From: Nostoc punctiforme PCC 73102
GTDB lineage: Bacteria; Cyanobacteriota; Cyanobacteriia; Cyanobacteriales; Nostocaceae
Assembly: GCF_000020025.1 (NCBI RefSeq)
Contig: NC_010628.1
Span: 5,580,001-5,612,000 of the forward strand
Length of the DNA stretch: 32,000 nt
Direction: 5' to 3'
The position numbers and the translations under genes were made by a program. Positions within the stretch are counted from its first letter, which is position 1. Every line of letters starts with the position of its first letter. Shown here piece by piece: positions 25,359-32,000 of the stretch. Below the pieces are notes generated by a model, which searched no databases, was not told the origin of the DNA, and saw only the letters and a program-made list of their open reading frames with translations.

Positions 25359-26183
25359 TTATCCTTTCCAACCTGCTGCGATCGCAGCTAAAATAGCACT
25401 ACCGAATGCTAATCTATACCAAACAAAAACCAAAGTGTTTTTGGTTTGCAAGTATTTGATCAAAAATGCAATTGATAGGTACGAAAAAATAAAGGTTGAA
25501 ATAATCCCTACAATTAACAATCCCACAATGTTATCGGGCAACTCGTGGGCTTGAAATGATTTGAAGATTTTCAAACTTTTATACAGCGTAGCAATGGTAA
25601 GAGTTGGAAAGCCTAACAAAAATGAGAATTTCGCCGCTGTATCGCGTTCTAATCCTAAAAATAAGGCAGTCGTCAACGTTGAGCCAGAACGAGATACACC
25701 CGGAATTAAAGCAAGTGTTTGTCCCAATCCAACTAAAATACCATCCCGAATTTGCAGTGAATCAAAACCTCGCTTGCGAGTGCCAATTTTTTCTGCCAAA
25801 GCTAGTACAAGTGCCATGATGATTGACATGATGGCAATAATTAATGCACTCTCTGGTAGAATGTCTTTCAAAAGAAAGCCGAAAATTAAGGCAGGCAATG
25901 TTCCGACTACAATACCGACCAGAATTTTCCACTCCTCACGTTGCCAATCTTTCTCTTTGAATGCTTCGATTCCACCTTTGATAATACTAGAAATCAGCGA
26001 CCAGAAATACCCCACAATTGCAATAACACTGCCAAATTGAATGGCATCGACAAAATCTTTAGAACCTAGTTCTTTCCAGCCAAATACTTTAGTAAAAATC
26101 AGCAGATGTGCAGTGCTACTGATTGGCAAAAACTCTGTAATACCTTGGACAATGCCCAAAATAAAAGCTTGAATAAACTCCAT
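25359..26183 (-). CDS. uppP: Undecaprenyl-diphosphate phosphatase
   Basis: Contains GIVQGITEFLPISSTAHL and ALIPGVSRSGSTLT. It is a 274-aa polytopic membrane protein. Confidence 0.9.
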   Translation of the reverse strand: MEFIQAFILGIVQGITEFLPISSTAHLLIFTKVFGWKELGSKDFVDAIQFGSVIAIVGYFWSLISSIIKGGIEAFKEKDWQREEWKILVGIVVGTLPALIFGFLLKDILPESALIIAIMSIIMALVLALAEKIGTRKRGFDSLQIRDGILVGLGQTLALIPGVSRSGSTLTTALFLGLERDTAAKFSFLLGFPTLTIATLYKSLKIFKSFQAHELPDNIVGLLIVGIISTFIFSYLSIAFLIKYLQTKNTLVFVWYRLAFGSAILAAIAAGWKG

Positions 26184-26638
26184 AGCAATTAATACCTTTT
26201 TCCTGTTCTAGACATGATTATGAACATTGTCTAGATGATGATGTTGCTTTATATACTCTCTACTGCACCTAATCTTATAGAAAATTCGATTTTACCGATC
26301 AATAACATCATCTAAGACGCTGACCATGTTCTTACACCCACCTGAATAAGTCAACGAAATTTTCGCAGTTCATCAAACTTTAATATTTAGCGGACTGATG
26401 CTGTTCACTTTTTAACTGTTAAATTTTACCTTTCATCTCTCTGTAGTCTGCTATGTACAAAAACTACAGAGCAGTTTTGTACATAGCGCAACTTGAATGG
26501 ATTAGTCTGGCGGAGAAGGTTTTGTCTGGTTTGCACCCGCATTCGCCGAAATTTCAGTATAATTACAATGCCCCAGGGGGGGATTTTAAAATGTGATATC
26601 TTAAATAAGATAAAGTTTAGTAACAAATATTAAAAACT

Positions 26639-27418
26639 TTGATTAATAATACACTGTCCTCCTACACTGCTTCTACCCCTTCTATTGATACTGAGTTGGA
26701 TTTGGCTGATACTGGGCAGAATGGCATCAAGCAATTGGAATCTGCACTCTCTTTTTCTCCCTCTTTGCCCTTATCTATTTCTGCCCGACAAAATTGGTTA
26801 GTGTTTGCGGCGGCGGTGTTTTTGGTATCAGTGCCAGTATTTGTTGAAGCGCCAATAGTGCGATCGCTACCAACTCTCAGTTTAGCGCTGACAGCATTTT
26901 GGGTGTGGCTAAGTTTTACCTTAATGTCACGTCCTGCAACTTATGTCTGGGGCGATTTGCTCTTAGGATTTAGCTGGAGTTGGTTAGCAGGGGCGATTTA
27001 CTGGGGCTGGTTACGTTGGGAACCTGTATGGCATCTGCCAGTAGAATCTATAGGTTTACCTTTTGCTTGTTGGTGTCTAGCGAAGAGTTGGGGCAAGGTT
27101 GGTAGCTGGTTCTATTTAGGATCTTTATTCGGTACAGTTTTAACAGACGTATATTTTTATATAGCAGACTTGATGCCTTATTGGAGACAAATTATGAGAG
27201 TAGATGCAGATTTAGCACCACAAATCTTACAAAATGCCCTGATGCAAGTACAAACACCTTGGGGACAAACTTGGGCCATAATTCTTGCCTTAGTACTCTT
27301 AACAGTGGGAATTTTAGCTTTAGGTGGAAAGCAAAAACACTGGTATGCCTTTGGTGGTGCAGTTTTAAGCACAATTTTAGTAGACAGCCTATTTTTGTTA
27401 GCAGCGATCGCTGCATGA
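26639..27418 (+). CDS. Conserved cyanobacterial polytopic membrane protein (possibly DUF3120 family)
   Basis: Has several TM segments, for example LVFAAAVFLVSVPVFVEAPIVRS. There is no in-frame ATG near the 5' end, so the TTG start at 26639 is uncertain. Confidence 0.6.
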   Translation: MINNTLSSYTASTPSIDTELDLADTGQNGIKQLESALSFSPSLPLSISARQNWLVFAAAVFLVSVPVFVEAPIVRSLPTLSLALTAFWVWLSFTLMSRPATYVWGDLLLGFSWSWLAGAIYWGWLRWEPVWHLPVESIGLPFACWCLAKSWGKVGSWFYLGSLFGTVLTDVYFYIADLMPYWRQIMRVDADLAPQILQNALMQVQTPWGQTWAIILALVLLTVGILALGGKQKHWYAFGGAVLSTILVDSLFLLAAIAA

Positions 27419-27818
27419 AGCAGGCAGAAGGTTGCAATGCTCATGTAGGCTCTTCTTAGCAAAACTTTTTCCAGTCACTCTATGGCACATCAAGAATGAT
27501 GCTGTAGATAATTAATTAGTTAAGAAATATTACATAACAGTCCATCACCCTCAAGTCTTCTTGCTAGGGTATTCGGTATTAGATATCAGACGCTTTCGTG
27601 TCCGCTTAGAAGGTAGAATCAGCCACCCCAAAAAGATTTCGTCTCCTTGGGAATGCTACTGTAATCATTGATAGAAGGCTATTACAGCTGTACAGAAACT
27701 GCGATCGCGATAAAAATTTTGCCAAAACCGCAGTCAAACCCAGTAACGGTAAATATTGTGGATATTAATACGCTGTATATTAGTTTCTGATGACTGCTGT
27801 GTTAATTAAGCTATCAGG

Positions 27819-27925
27819 TTTTGTCTTTTGTCCTTTGTCCTTTGTTCTTGGCGCTCTCACGTAGACGCATTAGTAGCTTCCCGTAGGGTATGACTAATGA
27901 CTAATGGCTAATGACTGATGACCAC
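27819..27925. repeat. Composite element: (TTTGTCC)n array, unique core, (ATGACTA)n array
   Basis: Left array ttttgtcttttgtcctttgtcctttgttcttg (27819-27850), core gcgctctcacgtagacgcattagtagcttcccgtagggt, right array atgactaatgactaatggctaatgactgatgaccac (27890-27925). Confidence 0.8.
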
Positions 27926-27974
27926 TGTTAGCTTAAAACTTTTATTTCTGTTTGATGGAAAGAGGTAGAAAATC

Positions 27975-28403
27975 GTGAAAGGATTGGCGCGTTTATTAAC
28001 AGTGTTTAGTTTGTTACTTGGTTGCTGGGGATGGTTGGGAACAACTCAGATAGCCCAAGCTGCTAGTTTCAACAGTTTTGCTTTTCCTCAAGTGCCAATT
28101 CTGGCAATTGAGCGGCAGAATCGGGCAGATAAGAAGCTAGGAACGGAATTTGGTAAAAAAATTGATTTGAATAATACCAACGTCCGAGCTTTTCAACAGT
28201 TTCCAGGGCTTTATCCCACCCTGGCTAAGAAAATCATTACAAATGCTCCCTACAAAAATGTAGAGGATGTATTGGATCTTCCAGGATTGAGCGATCGCCA
28301 AAAAGCAACCCTGCAAGCCAACTTGGATAAGTTTACCGTGACAGAATTAGAGCCTGCCTTCAACGAAGGAGACGATCGCTTTAACAACGGCATCTACAGA
28401 TAA
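27975..28403 (+). CDS. psbU: Photosystem II 12-kDa extrinsic protein PsbU
   Basis: Contains [48 protein letters not shown] plus a signal peptide ending in AQA. The GTG start follows agagg. Confidence 0.9.
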   Translation: MKGLARLLTVFSLLLGCWGWLGTTQIAQAASFNSFAFPQVPILAIERQNRADKKLGTEFGKKIDLNNTNVRAFQQFPGLYPTLAKKIITNAPYKNVEDVLDLPGLSDRQKATLQANLDKFTVTELEPAFNEGDDRFNNGIYR

Positions 28404-28475
28404 GTTGTAGTTAATGTAGCAAATAGCAGCCCACTCCTGATTCTAGGGACTGGGATTATTCTATTAGAGATGAGT

Positions 28476-28629
28476 GGGACAAGGAGGACAAGGGAGATAA
28501 GGGGGACAAGGGGGACAAGGGGGACAAGCTGACAAAGTAAAATTTTTTCCTTGTCTCTCCCTGCCCCCTGCCCCCTGCCCCCTGCCCCTTTCCCCCTGCC
28601 CCCTTCCCCTTCCCCCTCACCCCTCCCCC
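28476..28629 (+). repeat. G-rich nonamer array (GGGGGACAA) / spacer / C-rich heptamer array (CTGCCCC) abutting the nadB start
   Basis: The G-rich block at 28476-28528 has four or more G-runs. The C-rich block at 28556-28629 has ten or more C-runs of at least 3 nt. The two blocks are partly complementary. Confidence 0.9.
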
Positions 28630-28635
28630 ATTACC

Positions 28636-30312
28636 TTGCCTCAGATAGATATTCCTAGCCAATTTGATGTTTTAGTAGTCGGCGCTGGTGCTGCTGGACT
28701 ATACACAGCGCTGTGTCTACCAGAGTCCTTGCGAGTCGGCTTGATTACCAAAGAAACTGTTGCTTTGTCCGCTAGTGATTGGGCACAAGGTGGTATAGCC
28801 GCAGCCGTTTCCCCGGAAGATTCTCCTACGCTGCACATTGAAGATACCATCCGGGCAGGTGCAGGTTTGTGCGATCGCACTGCTGTAGAATTTCTCGCAC
28901 AACTTGCCCCTAAATGCATTCAATCCCTAGTTGACTTGGGGGTTGCTTTTGACCGTCATGGTCAAGCCTTGGCTTTAACTTTAGAAGCTGCCCATTCTCG
29001 CAACCGTGTTCTCCACGCTGCGGACACCACAGGCAAGGAAGTTACAACCACTCTCACCGCCCAAGTATTACGTCGCCCGAATATTCAAGTCATTCAGCAA
29101 GCTTTGGCTTTGAGTTTGTGGATTGAACCTGAAAGCAATCGCTGTCAGGGAATAAGCTTGTTTTATCAAGGTAAAATCACATGGATTAAAGCTGGTGCTG
29201 TGATCTTGGCAACAGGTGGCGGCGGTCAGGTATTTGCCCAAACTACTAACCCGGCTGTGAGTACTGGTGATGGGGTAGCGATCGCATATCGGGCTGGGGC
29301 TATCCTCCGCGATTTGGAATTTGTGCAATTTCACCCCACTGCCCTGACTAAACCTGGTGCCGATCGCTTTCTGATTAGCGAAGCTGTACGCGGCGAGGGG
29401 GCACACCTTGTTGATAATGAAGGGCGACGTTTTGCCTTTGACTACCACCCTGCGGGTGAACTCGCACCCAGAGATGTGGTCAGTAGAGCAATTTTCAGCC
29501 ATTTACAACGTACTGCCGTTGATTTAGCGACTGCCCATGTGTGGTTGGATATGCGCCCCATCCCTGCCGACAAGATTCGTCACCGCTTTCCCAACATCAT
29601 CAAAGTTTGCCAGCATTGGGGAGTTGATGTTTTCCATGAACCAATTCCTGTAGCGCCTGCTGCCCATTATTGGATGGGTGGGATTGTCGCGGATCTGATG
29701 AATCGCACGAATATTAAGAGTTTGTACGCGGTGGGTGAAACTGCTAGTACCGGGGTGCATGGGGCAAATCGCCTTGCCAGTAATTCCCTGTTGGAATGTA
29801 TTGTCTTTGGGGCCCAGATGAGCCAAATAGAGTTGGAAAATATTGGGTTGCCGTCACAAATACCAGTGTTGCCATCACGGAAATTTAGTGTTGATGCAAA
29901 TGAGTGGCACATCCAGCAAGCACAACTAGAAACACTCAGAGAGAAGTTACCACGTCTAGTTTGGGAAAGTGCTGGTATTTGTCGGGAGCAATCAAAGTTG
30001 GAAACTGCGATCGCCACTGTTGAATCTTGGCAACAAGATTTCGCTGCTTTGCCTTTAAGTCAATTCTTGCTTGCTTTACACCCAACAGAATCAGCTAGTT
30101 TTGAGTTCCCAGATGTTGAACGACAATTGCGACTTTGGGCAGAAACCCGCAATTTATTAGATGTGGCTGATTTAATTCTCAAAAGTGCTGCTTTTAGAAC
30201 CGAGAGCCGAGGCGGACACTACCGTTTAGACTATCCTCAACCAGACCCCAATTGGCAAGTTCACACACTTGTCCAAAGAAATCATTGGTGGAAATCTCCA
30301 ATATTATCTTGA
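28636..30312 (+). CDS. nadB: L-aspartate oxidase
   Basis: FAD-binding motif FDVLVVGAGAAGL, plus SEAVRGEGA, HYWMGGI, GANRLASNSLLE and ESRGGHYR. TTG at 28636 is the only start candidate before the FAD motif. Confidence 0.9.
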   Translation: MPQIDIPSQFDVLVVGAGAAGLYTALCLPESLRVGLITKETVALSASDWAQGGIAAAVSPEDSPTLHIEDTIRAGAGLCDRTAVEFLAQLAPKCIQSLVDLGVAFDRHGQALALTLEAAHSRNRVLHAADTTGKEVTTTLTAQVLRRPNIQVIQQALALSLWIEPESNRCQGISLFYQGKITWIKAGAVILATGGGGQVFAQTTNPAVSTGDGVAIAYRAGAILRDLEFVQFHPTALTKPGADRFLISEAVRGEGAHLVDNEGRRFAFDYHPAGELAPRDVVSRAIFSHLQRTAVDLATAHVWLDMRPIPADKIRHRFPNIIKVCQHWGVDVFHEPIPVAPAAHYWMGGIVADLMNRTNIKSLYAVGETASTGVHGANRLASNSLLECIVFGAQMSQIELENIGLPSQIPVLPSRKFSVDANEWHIQQAQLETLREKLPRLVWESAGICREQSKLETAIATVESWQQDFAALPLSQFLLALHPTESASFEFPDVERQLRLWAETRNLLDVADLILKSAAFRTESRGGHYRLDYPQPDPNWQVHTLVQRNHWWKSPILS

Positions 30313-30552
30313 ATATTCTTCTGTCCCGCATTCCTCGTCTATGTAATTATGAGCGGGGTTAGTGACAGCCCTCTTCTAGAATATTTTTAATAAACTACCC
30401 TTGCTATCTCCCAAAGGAATAAGACTCGCTAGCCCTGTCGGCGGAAACTTCAGCCACTCTTTTTGGGGTATTTCCAAGGAACAGATTTGGTTTCTAAGAC
30501 ATAAGCCGCTTTATAGCGCTGCTTTACCACAAACTAAAATCAAAAATGCCCA

Positions 30553-30789
30553 TCAGCGAGTGCCACTACCATGCTGACTGTCAGGACCACCATAATTTGG
30601 TGGGATATATGCGTCTTTTAAATTTGGAGAATTGACTTTGCGGGCGATTAAAGTATTGCTGCTAGTACTAACAACAGTATTAGCACTTGCAGTACCGAAT
30701 AGACTTATGCAAGTGGCAAATTTCGGTAATAATATGTAAGCACTTATACATAGTATCATAATCTTTGTGAATCGGAAGTTGGTTTTCAT
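30553..30789 (-). CDS. Small exported peptide (78 aa) ending ...PPNYGGPDSQHGSGTR
   Basis: ATG start, signal-peptide-like hydrophobic N-terminus (IMILCISAYILLPKFATCISLFGTASA) and a polar Pro/Gly tail. No homology call is possible. Confidence 0.45.
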   Translation of the reverse strand: MKTNFRFTKIMILCISAYILLPKFATCISLFGTASANTVVSTSSNTLIARKVNSPNLKDAYIPPNYGGPDSQHGSGTR

Positions 30790-31537
30790 TAGTTGCAGTA
30801 AATTTACTAATTTTTCATTTCAAACGTATTATTATTGACCCACGTATATTTACTGGAGTTTTTGAAAAAAATATTTGAACTTTATTAAATTATTCCCAAT
30901 ACTTTACAAGTAATTGTGGTGTCTACTTGTAAAACAACCTTAATTTGCTGGTATTAAATAGTTTTTATACTTAAGTAATATTCTTAATTAGTCATTTTTA
31001 CATCAGTCTAAAGTTAGATATGTTGATGGATTGCTATAAGCGTTTTGCTTAATTCATTATTTATTAATAATATCTTAATACTTTTAAGTATTAACACTAT
31101 GTTTGCTGAATCAATATTTCAAAATATATAAAAACATACTTATTTTCTTGTATAGTTATGTTTTTCTTTTAGTAAAGATATATAAAGTTAAAATAAAGAA
31201 ATTGTTATTTTATAAGGATTTCAAAAACTATTAAACTAGAAGCTCAGTAATAATCCTATATAGTAAAAGTATATTTTTGTAGGTAAAAATAAATACAAAA
31301 AAATTATTTTTATAATTAATTCTGATGATTAATTCCTTTTTCACCTATCTTCTTAGTTTTAGTCATCAGGTCAAAAAGCCTTGCAAAGTCTCCATCTTGA
31401 TTAAAAAACTACCTCTATGGATATAGGAAATGCTTTTTCAAGATAGTACCTTAGACATATTTAAAGTTCATACTCCTAATTGGCGGTAAAATTTTTTACT
31501 ATAGGTAGAAAAATCTGGAGACTTGGCTCTTAACTAA
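30790..31537. other. ORF-free, extremely AT-rich ~750-bp intergenic region upstream of the small-peptide gene
   Basis: The track shows no ORF of 60 aa or more on either strand. The region contains a perfect 12-bp palindrome agtaaatttact (30797-30808) and a 10-bp IR tttacaagta/tacttgtaaa (30903-30912 / 30924-30933). Confidence 0.8.
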
Positions 31538-32000
31538 TTAAGCAAACTCGTAGCGATTTTTACCCAGGTGCTTGGCACGATACATTGCTGCATCTGCTTG
31601 TTTGATTAAATTTTCACTGTCTTGGCTATTGTATGGGTAGACACTTATGCCAATACTGGCAGAGATTCGGATTGCATAGCCATCCAAAACAATTGGCTTG
31701 GTAATACTGCTTAGGATTTTTTCGGCGACTTTAGCAGCTATCTGGACGTTAGGAATTGCCCGCAAAATTATAGTAAATTCATCGCCACCCAAACGAGAAA
31801 CTGTATCGCTAGCGCGTAAAGAGTTGCTGAGTCTTCCCGCGATAGTCATTAGCAAGCGATCGCCAGTCTCGTGCCCCAGAGTATCATTAACTTGCTTAAA
31901 GCCATCTAAATCAATAAACAGCAGTCCCAATAACAGGTTATTGTGTTGCGCCCAATGTAATGACTCGTAAAGTTGTTCGGCAAAAAATTTGCGATTGGAT
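31538..32000 (-). CDS. GGDEF-domain diguanylate cyclase, C-terminal part (5' end beyond window)
   Basis: Contains RLGGDEFTIIL and LLFIDLDGFKQVND. The frame stays open to the window edge (...NRKFFAEQLYESLHWAQHNNLLLG...). Confidence 0.85.
   Translation of the reverse strand, partial: SNRKFFAEQLYESLHWAQHNNLLLGLLFIDLDGFKQVNDTLGHETGDRLLMTIAGRLSNSLRASDTVSRLGGDEFTIILRAIPNVQIAAKVAEKILSSITKPIVLDGYAIRISASIGISVYPYNSQDSENLIKQADAAMYRAKHLGKNRYEFA

Noticed and set aside
25561-26040. 159-aa plus-strand ORF inside uppP, plus similar antisense ORFs elsewhere (e.g. 6021-6206, 7205-7516, 17531-18533 group, 22041-23343 group, 28641-30017 group, 27178-27462 group)
   Set aside because: All are fully embedded antisense or out of frame within well-supported genes with clear family motifs. 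They lack motifs of their own and are typical shadow ORFs.
26426-26626. 66-aa minus-strand ORF in the uppP-upstream spacer
   Set aside because: It has no plausible start context or motif and spans the hairpin region at 26439-26487. It is more likely non-coding regulatory or repeat DNA.
28456-28662. 68-aa minus-strand ORF (…GKGKGAGGKGQGAGGRGQG…LSPLSPLSPLSPLS…)
   Set aside because: The ORF is translated entirely from the G-rich and C-rich tandem arrays in the nadB leader. The periodic peptide is a by-product of the repeat period, not evidence of a gene.
30790-31537. Canonical NtcA site (GTA-N8-TAC) or HetR-type site in the AT-rich region
   Set aside because: Only off-spacing variants were found: GTA-N4-TAC in agtaaatttact, and GTA-N11-TAC at 30910-30926. 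No canonical site was seen, so no regulator is claimed.

Overview
The window looks like a chromosome segment from a Nostocales-type cyanobacterium. HIP1 octamers (GCGATCGC) occur about once per kb, there are many STRR-like 7-9 nt tandem arrays, and psbU is present.

The left ~12.8 kb is a DNA phosphorothioation (dnd) island. It holds dndB on the minus strand, divergent from dndC, dndD and dndE, followed by a dnd-associated putative methyltransferase. No dndA, dndFGH or sspE-like gene is visible in the window. Every junction of this operon carries a small repeat, and a REP-flanked RAYT/IS200-like pseudogene sits between dndC and dndD.

Converging on dndB is an AT-rich, HIP1-free three-gene operon at 2127-4621. 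It encodes a 152-aa protein, a DGQHR (DndB-paralogue) protein, and a 316-aa protein with a HEPN-like pattern. Further upstream are two Uma2 genes (one decayed) and the 3' part of a second DndD-type ATPase. I consider this DndD-like / DndE-like? / DndB-like / HEPN-like? set, which lacks any DndC, the best candidate for an uncharacterised PT-linked reader or defence module. All functional calls on it are by-eye motif inference.

The right ~19 kb is mostly housekeeping:
- ampG-type MFS transporter, GNAT, HEAT-repeat protein, cupin and PQQ-type sugar dehydrogenase
- REC-EAL regulator, a decayed PAS remnant and a GHL10-like 935-aa protein
- PDZ/radical-SAM DUF512-type protein, uppP, a membrane protein, psbU, nadB and a partial GGDEF gene

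Four things stand out in that part:
- G-array/C-array hairpin elements are inserted in frame in two CDSs and abut the nadB start.
- Several MITE-like elements are present.
- A small exported peptide ends in HGSGTR.
- That peptide gene lies below a ~750-bp ORF-free, very AT-rich region.

No rRNA gene, tRNA gene or CRISPR array was recognised.
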